The notes: a model not told the origin generated them from the letters alone. Numbered from the stretch's first letter, positions 36,060-50,225 are shown. The stretch is 64,000 bases of DNA from Torpedo marmorata (GCA_977017645.1 OZ360222.1:79422001-79486000), one strand, 5' to 3'. A program made the numbers and translations.

Positions 36060-39000
36060 AAGCAAACAAAAACTACAGATGTTATGAATAAAAATTGAAA
36101 ATGTCGGAAATGCTCAGCAGTTCAGTCTGCATCTGTAGAGAAAGAAATAGAGTGCATGATTCAGGCCATTGGCCTTCCATGGGAACTCTGAAAAGTTAGA
36201 GAAAAGGAAAGGGTGCAGAAAGAACAAAAGAGAAAGTCTCTAATTGGCTGGAGACCAGGAACAAATAGATGACCAAAGTAGCATGGGTGTCTGTTGTAAG
36301 AGGGTACTGAAGGTTACTGTAGCAAAAAAACAGCACATTGTTCTGGGAGGAGAAATAAATAAATGTCAATAAATAAATAAATACATGAAATTTGAAATTA
36401 CACTGGACAATGAACATTTTGCTTCCTGAACATTTTTGGATGTATTTTCTGGATTTTGGGCTGCTGATCACAAAAATCACCTTAAAATTTTCCTATCACA
36501 TATCAATTTTTAGACATACCTATTTTTGTGATTTCCTGTCATATTTTAAGTCTACTTCAAGCATAAAAAACCATGAAGTGCAACATGCCATTGAAAATTC
36601 ATTTTCTGTATTCGCACTTGGACCTCTTCCCTGCTGATCTTGATGCAGTCAGTGACAAACATGGTGAAAGGTTTTACTATGGAAAAGCAGAATAAGGGCA
36701 ACTGGAATCCATCAATGCTGGCCGACTATTGCAGGGAGAGGCTGAACATCTTTTGAAAAAAAAATTGTTGGCCAGTGTTATCATAACAGGAGAGAGAATA
36801 GATCTGAATACTTGAAATGTGAGATACAAAGTTGGAACGGCTAAGTAATTAAAACCATTGAATTCAATGTTGAGTCCAATTGACTATAATGTGGCAAATC
36901 CATTTTATATTGAACCTTGTTAGAACAACATAAGAGACAAAGAAAGAGAGATTACAGTGGATGAGAGAATTAATGAGGCAGGTAAGTAGAAGGTCAGAGC
37001 AAACTTTGAAAATTGAATGGAAGTGTTCTGTAAATGTCACACAATCTGTACTGAATGCAATTCACTAAAATTGGAAGAAATCAAAATACATTGTTGCATC
37101 AGTTATAAGAAATGTAGGAATTCCTGCATGACAGGATGAAGATAGATAAAAGGGCTATGTTACATCTCTTTCATCTAATGGTGCTATTAGAAGAGAATGG
37201 TCATTGATAGAGGTGGAGAAGTGAACCAGGGAGTCACAGAGGAAACTGTCCCTCTATGCTGAAAGAAGATGGATCATATCAATGGTGGCAGGGATTGTTT
37301 GGTTTCATCTATTGAGTGTGGAGACTGGTGAAGGGGAAGGTGACGAATCCTTTTTCTGAGTGAGAGGAGAGGTGCTGGTGTGGAAGTGCAGGATATGGAA
37401 CAGATACTGTTGGCTATGGTGAAGGGTAAACAATTCTTCATGAAAAAAGAAGATACATTGTATACATAGGTGCGTAAGATTGCCACAGAGGAGACGAAGA
37501 TACTGAGAGAATCCAAGCAAGATGGAAGTGAAGGTAATCAAGGTAGCTGAAGGAGTCTGTGGACCCATCGTGCTAATCATTCACAGAGCCATCCAATGAA
37601 ATGGAAATGGGGAAGTTGAGAAACAGAAGGGTTGAAATGGTGATGGACCAGGTGAAAGTGAGAACAAAGTGGAAGTTAACAGCAAATGTGGTGAAGCGTT
37701 TCAAGTCTATACAAGAACAGGAAGTGGCTGCCAATACAGCCATCAATGTACTGGAAAAAGACGGGAAGGAAGAGGACCATGTAGGGTTGAAGCAAGGACT
37801 GTTCCACATATCCCACAAAGGGCCAACCTACTTGTTTTGATTTAAGTGAAGTGAGTGGACTTAGAGGAGTGCAGCCCAGTGACAGAGGGGACTTGTTGTT
37901 GGAGGGGACTGATAGTTCAAGAAAGAAGCAAAGGTACCAAGGTCATATTGGTATGACTTAGAAATGAAGAAGAATATGACATACCTGATGACATTGAGCC
38001 AGCGGGGACCTGGAAATTAGAAACCGATCCGGTGTTGGAGGATGCCAGAACTATCATGGATGTGGGTGAGAAGAAATTCCATAAAGAAACAGAAATTATA
38101 GTCAATATAAGAGAAAACAAGATATTTGGGTCAACAACAGGCTGAGATGATGGGTCTTCTAGTACAGTCCTGCTTTTAGATCTTGGGGAGGAGGTAGATG
38201 TGGGCTGTGCATTGTTGAGCAGCTAGAGAAGGCTATGGAGAGTGGATCTCATAGGAATTGTCTGATGTACCATGGTGGATAACAGTCCAGAAGGAGCTGA
38301 GAGCTAATGGAAAGTAGATGTTCAGCCTCTCCCTGTAAAGTTGAGGTCAGTGCATCAAACAACTCTTGCCCTTGTCAGCAGGTAGGAAAACAATGTTATT
38401 GAACTGAATTGAATTGTGTATTGTCATGTATACCAAGATACAGAGAAAAGCTTTGTTTTGCATGCTATCCAGGCAAGACAACCTATACTTAAGTGCACCA
38501 GATAGTGAAATAATAAAACAAATTGCAAGATATAATGTTACTGTAAGTCAAAAAGTGCACGGTATTTTGCGAATAGGATGAAGTGCAGGATATTGATAAT
38601 GCAGAGGCACCTACAGGGGCACATTTATATCAATGAGAGGTCTATTCAAGAGTCTGATAATCCCTGAATATGGAGGTTCATGTTTCAAGCTCATGTATCT
38701 TCTTCCTGACAGAAGTGGGGAGAAGAGAGTGTGATTGGGGTGGGATAAGTCCTTTAATATACTGTATCGGCAGCTTTTTTGATTCAGCGGGAGGTATGGA
38801 TGGAATTGATGGAGGGCATATTTAGTGCCAATGATCAGAATGCTGTGGATTTAGAGGGTGGTAGGGCACAGAAATATTTGATTCAGTCAATGTCATGGTA
38901 GCAGGTGGTGAAGAGCAGATCTGGACATGGGAAGAGTCCAAAGAGAAATGGAGGGAGTGGTGGAACATGTTAGGGGTCCAGGCAGATTGGAATTGAGAAT

Positions 39001-39060
39001 GAAGATGAAAGCCTACATTGTCTGAGGTGGTGTCTCTCAGAAAAAGAGTTCAAGTCCGTT
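36060..39060 (-). mobile_element. Long, highly degenerate Penelope-like element (RT region), fragmented
   Basis: ORF 37573-37818 gives ...FAVNFHFVLTFTWSIT..LLFLNFPISIS, like PLE RT; terminal motif gaaatgctcagcagttcagtctgcatctg near 36110; purine-rich plus strand. Confidence 0.6.
38398..38820 (-). mobile_element. Rex1/Babar 3' fragment, old
   Basis: ttgaactgaattgaattg tail, tattgtcat, and tgtatcttcttcctgacagaag (LLPSGRRY-like on minus). Confidence 0.55.
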
Positions 39061-39489
39061 GATGTTTATTGTCCCATGTGCCGAGGTACTATGAAATGGT
39101 TTGGTTTATGTGCTCTCCAGCAAGTCAATCCATACATGAGTATCACAGAATAAAACACAGTGAAGATAGTAGGGTTACTGTGAGAGATAAGAGCAGCATT
39201 ATGGGCTCAGAGGTGAAGGGGGAAGAAAAGGAACTCAACAAAATGTCTAGCTCAGAATGGTTTGAGATGGGAATGTAAGGGGGAGCATTTAAGCTTCTAA
39301 GCTGAAATTTTTGCTGAGGATTGATCATTCAGGATGAGGAAGTGATAGTGAAACATAACAAAGAATAAGACTGAGGAGCAGTGAGGATCAGAGGTAATCA
39401 GAGGTGGCGTAGCAGTTAATGATGGTGCATCACAGTTCCGGGAATCCAGGCTTGATCCTGACCTTGGGGCATTTTCTTTCTAGCTGTGA

Positions 39490-40265
39490 CCATCCACAAC
39501 ACTTCCTCCCATCATAAAATCAGAAACAGGGACATTTGCAGATGATTGCACTATGTTTAATGCTATTTATTTGCAAGCATCAAGACCTGGCCAACATTGG
39601 TGACACAAAACTGACCATTTCCAACAAGAGTGTCAAACCACATAACTATCACAGCTACAGGAGCTGACTGGAGGTTTTATTTCCTGGGGTGTGCCACTCA
39701 TTTCTTGATATCAAAAGTTTCCCACCATCTGCAATATGCAAGCTAAGAATGCGATGGAATGTACTCCACTTGTTTGGACAAGTGCAGATCTAATAACTTT
39801 CAACATGCCCAACACCATCCAGGATGATGCAGCCCACTTGCTTGGCACACTTCCAAGTTGCAAACCATCTGATTTGGAAGTATATTGTCAGTGCTCATTT
39901 CCTCCTTCACCAGTATGATGTGACTGCTTTGTGTATCATGGCAGTCATTCATCCAGGTCACTCCAACAGCATTCTCCAAATCCTCGACCTCTACGATCAA
40001 GGACAAAAACAGCAATTGCAATGGAACACCATCACCAGCAGGTCTCCTTCCCTAGTTGCAAACCATCTGATTTGGAAATATATTGCCCGCCCTTCATAGC
40101 CTCTGGGTCTAAAGGCTGCAACTGTCTGCTCAACAGCACTGTGGGAGTACCTTGGCTAGAAGGACTGCAGTGGTTTAAGAAAACGGCTCACCACCACCTT
40201 CTTAAGGCCAGTTCAGGATGGGGAATAAATGCTGCCCTTGCCAGTGACATCGAGATCCTGGCAAA
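39490..40265 (+). mobile_element. CR1-type LINE 3' portion, degenerate
   Basis: tttgcagatgattgcac (FADD), atggaatgtactccacttgtttgg, ccaggatgatgcagcccacttg; tail ggctcaccaccaccttctt...aataaatgctgcccttgccagtgac. Confidence 0.7.
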
Positions 40266-42799
40266 TTGCACAAAGTAAATATTTAAGCCCCTTGACTCTG
40301 TTTCCACATTTTTTTTGTCATATGTTTTAGATCCTATTATTGACCTTATAATTTGATCCTGACTTTAGATAGCTCTTTTACAAGCCTGTATGCACTTTCC
40401 TTGAGTTAACTGTCTCACCTGCACTAAACTCCCAGATGCAACAAACAATCCAATCTCTGATGAGTGATGCCTTCAAATCTACAAGAAGCTATCAGCCCAC
40501 AGTAAAGTAAGGGGGAAATAATCCTTCTGGGTCCTCCATAACTATGCTCTGGTATCAATGGCTAAAAGCTCACATGGCTACCTTTACACTGCTTTGCATC
40601 AATGCAAAAGTTATCTGAGTTAGATCGTGGGCAGTATTAAATTCATGTTTCAGTGACCAAATTAATTAGGGAATGAAAATGGTGAAAATGACAGCATTGG
40701 TTAGAAATAAAATAAATGTTGCAATAAGTTGAGAAGACAATGAGACACATGGGAAATAAAATAAATACATTTGTTATAATGGTAATTGAATCTGGGAGGA
40801 TGTGGAAAGAACAAAAAGTGGAATTATTTTAGGAATAGTGTACATGGGTAGTTAGTGTGGACTCGATGGCTGAAGAGACTGTTTCTGTGCTATATCTCTC
40901 TAGGACTCTGATAATTATTTTAAACTGTTGGAAAAGATGCCAATCAATGGGCAGGAGTGATCTGAAGATCAATGGAAACCTCCTAAGTTGCAGAGGAACT
41001 AACTGATAATGATGAAACATGGGAGAGATGTGCATGCTTATTTTTAAAGAATCTCACCTTTTGTAAAGGGAAGTTTGAACAAAGTGGCATGATGTATGTC
41101 TATCTATTGGTGTGATAAACCCCAGTCTACAGTTAGCAAGAAATATCTTGGTGCCTGTGTAAATTACCAACATATAGCAGGCTATTTTTGTTTACTTCAA
41201 TGTGCCAACCATAAACTCCCAGGGTTGTAGTTTCATAAATAAAACCATTTTACAAAAAGCAGAATGTATATGAGAATATGTTAGTAGGGCTTGGAAGCCT
41301 GAAATCTAATTTCAGCTGTGCATGATTGAACATAACCTCAGCCGATGAATACTTGGCTTGCTTAAAAACCATTACCCATTAAAAGTTGGTTTTATTGATA
41401 CTTTATTGTGGTAAAATACTTCCATCAGATTTAACCAACTGTAGAAAATGTGAGTTTGCAGAAATCAGACCAAGACCAGATTACTCCCAAGATAATGGCC
41501 CTGAATTAACAAGGTCCCAGGGAGTTGTAGAGAAGATATAATGATGTAGTTGCGATACCACTAAAAGCAGTTGTCTTCAGATACTGCCAAATTTCACAGC
41601 TGTATCTGACTGTGATTTTTTAAAATGAATTTGTAGTCACAGGTAGCTTCATGTCAGATAGGTGAGTTCTCGATACCAGGCCACAGAGAGAGAATGGAGT
41701 AGCGGGAGTGAGAGATCGGAATCAATGGAGTTGGGAGCGGGGGGGTGCCAGAGAGAGTGATGGTCGAGAAATTGGGGAAGATCAGAGAACTCTGAGGAAA
41801 ATAGTAGTAATATGTAGCCAACGAGACAAAGGAGAATAAAGGAGAAGTTTAAGGAAGGGGATGGTGACAAGAGGTAAGGGGATGATGCATGGTGAGCAGG
41901 GGTCATTGCACACAGGCGTTTTGATTCCATTTAGTTATTGGGTTTCCTGGGATATCTCAACTCAACAGTCAAAATAATCTGAGTAATAGAATCTCATCAA
42001 AATATTTTAATATGTAACATCTCTGAATCATTGTTAACACCAGAGATGCGTAAGTTTTCAATATCGAGAACATTCATACTTTCACTTCACATCTGAGTCA
42101 ATCCTACCTGCGTCTAGGACTTTTAATTGGCCTCAGTGAGTTAGTTTCAGTGGGTGGTTTGCTCTCAATTATGCAAATAGTGTTGACATGACATTTTTTT
42201 AATAGGGTTGGAGGTCTACAGCTCCCCAATGAAAATGATCAAGACTCTTGGTCATTATTTGCAATGAACTCCCAGCATGCTTAGAAGATTTCATGATTGT
42301 CAAGAAAGAGGAAGTGTGGTAGAGCCTAACTTGATGGCCTAACTTAGGGGAGGAGTGACCTTGAAGGAGACTGAGAGAGTCAGGTGTTAAGTTACGTGGA
42401 GTGAGAAGAATGAATTATATTGCTTCATTTCTGGAGCATCCTCCTCCAATGATCTCCTTAATGTGAGGTCATGTGAAAATTGCTACTAACTTTAAAGTGA
42501 TGTTTGGATTCTCTTGATGGCAGAAGGACCACATTATATTCTATAATGGAACCTAACCTACTTCCTTCTGTGTGAAGTAAGGAAGATAGGTGATGGATTG
42601 ATATTTTGGCTGGGGGGCATGAGGTGAGGAATTAGCACAATTTGGGGGGGGGGGGGTGGGAGGGGAAGGAAAGTTGAATTACAAATGAGAAGTATGCTAG
42701 GTTGAATAGCAATAAAGAATAGTAGAATGATTTGAGAGGGATCATGGAGTAATGTGACCCAGAAGGTATAGATGCATGGGATTTACATTGCATTAATAG

Positions 42800-43945
42800 T
42801 TGGTCTTATAATTAGCTGACCCAAAAAAGACAGAGGGTAATGGTGGAAGGCAAGGAAGTCCATGACCAGTGGTGTTTCACAGGGATCAGTATTAGGACTC
42901 CTATTGCTTGTGATACATATAAATGACTTGAATAAAAAAGTAGGCTGGGTTAGTAAATTTGCAGATAACACAAATATTGGTGGAGTTGCAGACAGTATAG
43001 AGGATTATCAAAGAATACAACAGGATATAGGTCAGTTACAGAAATGGGCAGTGAAGTGACAGATGGAGTTTGATCCAGACAAGTGTGAGATGTTGCACCT
43101 TGGGAGGTCAAATGTAAGGGGAAAGTATACAGGTCATGGCAGGATTCTGAGAAAGCATTGATGTGCAGAGGAATCTGTTGGCTCGAGTCCATAGCTCCTT
43201 GAACTATGGACTCACAAGAAGCTGGGGTGGTAAAGAAGGCATATGGCATGCTTGCCTTCATTGAGTGGGACATTGAGTATAAAAGTAAGAAAGTCATGTT
43301 ACAGTTATACAAATATTTGATTAGGCTGTACTTAACAAATTGTGTACATTTCTGGTCACCCCATTACAGGAAGGATATGTAGATTTTGGATAGGGTACAA
43401 AGAGGCTTACCAGGATGTAGCCTGGATTAGAGGAGGTGAATTTGGACAAACTTGGATTGTTTTGTCTGGAGCTTCAAAAGCTGACAAGAGACCTGATAGG
43501 TTTATAAAATTATGAGAGGCATTGATAGTCAAGTCAAGTTTATTGTCATCTGATTGTACAAGTACGACCTGATGAAACAGCATTCTCCAGTCCTCAGTGC
43601 ACAATATGCAGAAACACAACCAGACATAAACACACATACAGGCAAACAATACATATGCAGAACATGTATTTTATCTATACAAATAAATAAATAAATATTG
43701 TTTTGTACAAATAATAGGGTTGACAGTCAGAATCTCTTTCTCAGGGTGAAAATGTCACATGTTGGAGGACACTCATTTAAAGTGGGGAGGTGGAGGGTGG
43801 TGTTAGGGGAAAGTAAAAACAAAATGAGCAGGGCATTTCTTTTTTTACACAGAGTGGTCGGTGCCTGGAATGGCTGCAAGGAGTATTGGTGGAGCCAGAT
43901 ATGATAATAGCATTCAAGAGACTTCTTGATAGATACATGAATATC
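42800..43945 (+). mobile_element. CR1 LINE RT/3' fragment, with a minus-strand Rex tail inserted at about 43528-43700
   Basis: TSGVSQGSVLGLLL..INDL..SKFADNT in ORF 42862-43059; inserted tail tcaagtcaagtttattgtcatc. Confidence 0.85.
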
Positions 43946-45111
43946 CATTCACTGGCCACTCATCTGAGATCATTGATCTTCTTCCTCATCCTCTTCATCT
44001 GTGGCCTTTAAATCAGCTGACATTTGGAGCAATCGTGTGATATCATGTAGCGTTGCAAGGCCATGGTCTGTGTGGATGTATCATGACATCCAGCCTAACA
44101 TTTCAATGTGTAAAGCGAGACTGCGCAGCTTTAAGTAGTTGGAGTTGCTGCAAGTAATTTGTGATATGATGCATTAGAAACGACTAATTACTGCCAAACT
44201 CCAAGATCATAGCTGATACTTCCATTTTGTGTCATACAAATTTATTTCATCTGAAATTATAAAATTGGCTCTTTTTCATGCTGTGGAACTAAATGGAGAT
44301 TTACTCCCATCCCATGGGAGACAGCAATCATTCTGCTAAATTCCACCTATCACAGACCTTGCAAGGACATTTCTCTCAAAATAGGGACTTACCTTTGTTG
44401 CATTTTTAGCAACAAGAATGATTTACTGAATGGGACGGTTCTGCAATTTCCACTGAGTGCATCGTCATGATCTTCTCCACATATATCACAATAACAGCAA
44501 AAATAAAATCTCCTTAACAATGGCTGCATACCAGAGTCCCTGCACACACGTCACTGTGCTTCGTGTGCCTGGAGAAAACACACAGGGTCTATTACAATCA
44601 TTTGAATAAACCGACCTCATTGAATCTGATGAGGTCAGCTCACTCTCTCTACCTACAAAAATGCATGTGCCCTTATATGCTTTCATCCATTTTATTTTTA
44701 GTTAAATGAAGCGTAATGGTTATACACAATCCACACATTACTATGTGCCATGTTGCTATCTCTGGGTATTTAATATTCTGCATTGACTCTTTTGAGATGT
44801 GGGTAGAAAGACAAAACCCAGCACCATCAGCCTGAACGGACACCAGTGATTGGAAGAGGGCACTTGGGTTAATGACACCAAGGGGGAGTCTTAGTTGATC
44901 TAATTATTAACTTTCTTTTGCAATTTATTTTTGCAGAGAAAATATTATGATTAACCCTGATTGTCTTCTGCAGTGCTGCATTCACTTTAATGGGACAATC
45001 TTTTTTAAAACCCTTTGGCCTCATCAGAAACAAATCATTTTATATTTAAGCAAATGATTTTATCAGCAGAAAATCACTCTGTAAGGAAATTGAGTTAAAT
45101 GTTATCATTTG

Positions 45112-45366
45112 GCTTAGCAGTTAGCGCAACACCTTTACAGCGCCAGCGATCAGGACCGGACCGGGGTTCTAATCACGCGCTGTCTCTAAGGAGTTTGTAC
45201 GTTCTCCCCGTGTCTGCATGGGTTTTCTCCGTGGGCTCCGGTTTCCTCCCACCATTCAAAACGTACCGGGGGTGTAGGTTAATGGGGTGTAAATTGGGCG
45301 GCATGGAATCGTGGGCCGAAATGGCCTGTTACCGTGCTGTATGTCTAAATTTTTTTTTTAATTAAA
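45112..45366 (+). mobile_element. V-SINE (HE1-like), relatively young
   Basis: gttagcgcaacacctttacagcgccagcgatc...ggagtttgtacgttctccccgtgtctgcatgggttttctcc...tgttaccgtgctgtatgtct; many CpGs retained. Confidence 0.85.
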
Positions 45367-46073
45367 AATTTCTCCAACATGGCTGAAACATTAATATGTC
45401 TATGAGCAAAGTGACTTTTTTTTTTCGTTAATTTATTAGAACAAGTCAGAAGTAAGTGAACCTTCATGCAGTACTCAAACTCATTCACTTCGCCAACTTT
45501 AAATAAAAATGTCATTTTAGATGAATAGTATATTTTTTTCTATTTCTGGGCCTCAGCTACTTACAAAGAGGGAAGTTGATGAGAGTCCCCATCCCCACCT
45601 CAATCGCCATTGTGCTCTGAACATGTACCTTACAGCCAGTTCCCAACTGCAAGTATGGGTGGTAAGACTGTATCTCTGGAAACCACATTGAGAAATCCCT
45701 GCTTAAAGGAAGCTGAAAGTCAACAGGCAGAGGAGACACTTCATCATTCTTGTTCTGATTCAAGCACTAATCCTGTTGTGAGATGATGTAGCACACTATG
45801 ACGTGGATCAATCCCGCCCCAATATTTGCTATTTTGTGTGTAATGGATCAGCAGACAGTTTCACATAGTAGAATCATGAAGGCATCCACCTCATCAGGCC
45901 CACTCACAAAGAGCAATTTAGGCTAAACCTACTTCTCTGCTCTTTGTCATTAGTGCTATAGGTTATCACACTTCAAGCATACCTACAGCAACATGTATGG
46001 TATTGTACAAATGATGCAAAGAAAATGAAAAGGTAAATAAAGGTAAATCTGATAATGGTACAGAGAAGGAATT

Positions 46074-46125
46074 ATCATATCATATACATCATATATATAT
46101 CATATATCATGTACATTATCATATA
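46074..46125. repeat. Low-complexity (CATAT/ATC) microsatellite
   Basis: atcatatcatatacatcatatatatatcatatatcatgtacattatcatat. Confidence 0.6.
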
Positions 46126-47412
46126 GTTCATTCTCTTTTTCATGTTATTTCCTCTATGTTTATAATATATGTATAGATAACTTGTTATGACAAGCTATCA
46201 TAAACACATAAGGCATGAATATGCATGCAAGAACATTTTTCACCCTAGTTCCATGGAAACCTGCAAATTTAGATACTAAACTCAGCACAGAGACACTCAG
46301 AATGTATAGCAAGAAGTAATCTTCCATTTCTCTGCTTTTACATTTACCTTTCCTTTTGAAGGGATCTCTGCTCTTTTCCTTTAATGTTTGAGAATGGCAC
46401 CCATTTCTTTCAATCATTGTGATGTATTATCTACATTTTCATGTTAGTGCTGCTTGTTTACCATGTAGGCTGTCATTCAATCTCAGGATGCTGTCAGCAT
46501 GGATTTTTACAGATAACAGTGATTTAAGATTTGCTAAGTAAAGAAATGTAAGTAACTTAAAATACTAATGTTTCAATAATTAAAATAACAGAGGCATAAT
46601 TCTTCTTACATAATGCACAGTATTCAAACTGGAGGCAACGCAAAACTTGGAGGTGTACTGAACTATGATCAGGCAAGTTCTACACCTCATGAAGGCATGG
46701 AGAGGCCAATGGAATGGGCTGATGGCAACAGACGAATTTTAATTCAAAGCAACACAAAGTATTACTCTTTGAGAAGAGGCAACATAATTAGAGGGCACAA
46801 TTCTAAAAGGAATGCAAGAGTAGAGAGATATGGAGGCTATGTATAGAGGGTATGTTGAGAAAATGGATGAAAAGCATGCAGGATCCCACCTTTATAAGTA
46901 GAAGCAAAGAATACAAAAGGAACAAAAGTCTTGATGAGTGTTTATAAAATACTAGCTTGGATGCAGGTGGAGTATGGTGTCAAAGTATGAGTGCTACACT
47001 TTAGGGAAGAAGTGAAGACTTTGGAGAAGGTGCAGTTGATATTTACTGGAATATGTCTAAGGATGCAGGATTTGTTTTGTGGATTGACTGGAGTTGCTCT
47101 CCTTGGAACAGTGAAGGTTGCAAAGGTTCTGCAACATTTAGGAGGCATTTAGACAGACTCAATGACTGGCAGGGAATGGAGGGATATAGACCACGTGCAG
47201 CTGAAATTGGCATCATCATCACCCCAGATATTGCGGGTCAAAGGGCCTGTTCCTGTGTTGTACTGTTCTATGTTTTTGATGTTCTGCTAAGGATATTTAA
47301 ATTCATGAAGGAATTGGACAGGGAAGACAATGCAAAATTGTTCCCATTGCTGGAAGGCTTGAGAATAAAGGATATAGAATGAAAATGATTGGAAAAGAAC
47401 CAAAAGTGGCAC

Positions 47413-48169
47413 TATTGTGTGGGAAGGGAAAAGTTCGGTGGGTTCAAAGAGGAACAAGTCTGGACACAGGCTGAACACAGGAAGGATCCTTGTTAAAATA
47501 CATGTAAGGGGATCACAACAGGGATAACATACACTAGTACTCTAAATCACAAAACAGTATAATCAGTCACATCAGACTTAACAAGACTGATACTAGCAAC
47601 TGCTTACACTTATATAAACAAAATATAATCAGTCACATCAGACTTAACACTACCGATACTAGCAACTGTGTACAGACTTATAACAACCAAGGATTACAAT
47701 ATACAACCCACTGTTCCTTGTCTAAAGTGGGCACGGCTCCAATGCTATCCAATAGCCCTGATCCCTGTGTAGTGCACACCTTACCAATAACTCCTCCAGC
47801 GTTGTCCATATTTCGCAACCTGGAGTGGAGCAGGGTTCGGCTCCGGACCGAAGAGCAAAGAGAAAGAGCTACTCCACGTGTGGTGAACTTTATAGTACAG
47901 TAAGATGGGCTGGGGAGTGCGGCCCAGGTCATCACTAGGTGATTAAAGGGGCCAATGGTCACGTGTGAACTAATGGGTGGGCAGAGTCCAACCTTGATTG
48001 GCAGGTGATGCGACTTCCGACTAGGTTCCAGACGGAGAGGTTATGTGACCCTTCACAATCCACAATCCCACCAGGTTTCAGACGGAGAGGTCATATGACC
48101 CTCCACAATCCACACTCCCACCAGGTTCCAGACGGAGAGGTCACATGACCCTCCACAATCCACACTACA
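47413..48169 (-). mobile_element. Solo LTR (about 757 bp) with internal tandem repeats
   Basis: Ends TA(TG-derived)...CTACA; flanks GGCAC / GACAC (5-bp TSD, 1 mismatch); minus-strand TATAAAG near 47890 with CCAAT boxes upstream; 3x50-bp and 2x66-bp repeats. Confidence 0.7.
48021..48166. repeat. Tandem repeat, 50-bp unit x3, in the putative LTR U3
   Basis: ccaggttccagacggagaggtcacatgaccctccacaatccacactccca-like units start at 48021, 48071 and 48121. Confidence 0.9.
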
Positions 48170-49624
48170 GACACAAGGAAAATGCTTTAATGCAGCAGAT
48201 GGTTAGGGTCTAGTGGGAACTGCCAGTGGTTGTAATGGATTAAGTTGAGGATTTCAAGAGGAAGATGGATCAGTAACTGAAATGAAAGAATTTGCAGAGC
48301 TTTAGAGAGTACAGGAAGGGGACAAGCTGATTTATTCCTACATAAAGCCAGTACGATCTCAACAAGCTGAATGCCCTCCTTTCAAGCCTTAACCATTCTG
48401 TAATTTGTGATTAACTAGCATTAAAGATTTCATTTGAAGTTAGTGTTAGTCAGTTTGTGATATTGAGAAACTACAGTCCACCAAGCTTCATCATGTACCT
48501 CCATCCAATATATTGTGGATCCCATTGCTTCCTATTGGCTGCTTTTGCAGCGAAAAATGTTCTCCTTTCTTCCTGAAATGTCATATAGCAGTTATGAAAA
48601 GAAAAGAATTGAAAAATATAGCCAGTCATACTCCTTATCTTCATCAACCTTAAAGGCTTTTTTTGCACATCTTTCGATGTAATGCAGTAGAAAACATCAT
48701 TTTCTCTGTTACTGATGATATTTGATGAAATAGTTACTTTTCTGGGAGCCTGCCAAGATCTCCGGTGATCATAAATTAATTATTTTTGTTGCAATTTGTA
48801 CAACAGATGTGCCACTGTGCTATATTCTGATGTAAGATCTTGGCATATTTATTTCAAATTCTTGTCTGCTGTTTCATCTACTATACAGTTTTATGGAGAA
48901 AAAAAAATTGTTTTGGTTAAAACAATTTGTCATTTCTAGTCTTCTCCTAGAAACCGTGCACATGATGTCGGTAAAAATGGTGGGGACATGTTCAAGATTT
49001 TTCTAAAATTGCAGGAATGGCATGGAGATAAAAACCATTGTCTGCAAATTGCATCCATTTATGCAGAAATTATGAATTAAAGCTATTGTGCTTATGTAGG
49101 ATCATGCTTGTGATCACTTCCCATCAACTTGTGACCACTGGGACAATGTCTCGGATACTGCTGGTTACAATTCACCTCAGCACGTCTGATGTTTGCTGCG
49201 TGTCGCTTGCACAGCCAATGATGTCATAGGTCTCACAGCAAACATATACTGCATTGACAGCAGAAATGAGAGCTTGGGGTGGGGGGGGGTGGGGAACTAG
49301 TGGGGGGGGGATACTCACAGCCTTTACTGTTTAAAGAAATGAGAAGAAGATCATATGGGGTTCAGGAATAAATGACAATTAAAGAATCTGCATTGTTACT
49401 GTGATATCCTGCATCTCCCAGCCCCACTCTTCAATAGCCAGTAATCAATTAGAAGATTCAAAGGATCTCCCTTTGTTGATTGCAACCTCTTGTGCATCAC
49501 TAGTGAATTGCATTGCTACGATCATGACCCCTTCCTGAGCCCACAGCTTGCAGTGGCTCGGAGCCAATCAAGGCACAGGAGACAATCATGTCAGTTCACC
49601 GTGTGAGAGTGCTTGGACCAACCT

Positions 49625-50225
49625 CAAGTTCACGTTCTTGTTCAAATTTATTATCATCCAATTGTACAAGTACTACCCAATGAAACCGTGTTCTCTGTTC
49701 CTCAGTGCAAAAACAAGCAAACACACAACCAGTAATAACACACATACGGACAAATGATACATATGCAGTACATATATACATATATAAAAATATATAAATA
49801 TTGTTAAATAAATAGTAGACTCTTGGAAGGTTTGTATGAGCATTCATTCAGTCGTTCAGCAGTCTCACTGCACATGGGAAGAAGCCGTTTCTCAGCCTGG
49901 TGGTGTTGGCTCTGATTCTCCTGTATCTCTTTTCCAATGGGAGTAGCTGAAAGATGCTGCATGTAGTGTGGTGGAGGTTCTCAATGATTTTGCGTGCCCT
50001 CTTCAAAAAACGATTCCAGTAGATCACATCCATGGTTGGGGGGGGGGGGGTGGGGGGTGGAGAGGGAGACCCCAGAGATTCTCTCTGCCACTCTTATGGT
50101 CCTATGGATTGCCCTCTGATCGAATGTTCTACAGCAACCGTACCAAACTGTGATGCAGCTGACTAGGATGCTCTCGATAGAGCTCCTGTAGAAAGTTGAC
50201 AGGATGGTGGTCGGTAGCCTGATAG
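49625..50225 (-). mobile_element. Rex1/Babar 3' fragment
   Basis: FYRSSIESILVSCITVWYG and FQLLPLEKRYRRIRANTTRLRNGFFP; tail gatgataataaatttgaac. Confidence 0.85.

Larger units (their letters stand above)
46610..48400 (+). mobile_element. Old CR1 fragments, split by a solo LTR
   Basis: ctttggagaaggtgcagttgatatttactggaat and related CR1 ORF2/3' motifs on both sides of 47413-48169. Confidence 0.55.

Noticed and set aside
48021-48166. CRISPR-like array (also considered for 21544-21663 and 47558-47670)
   Set aside because: Head-to-tail tandem units with no unique spacers, in eukaryotic TE context.
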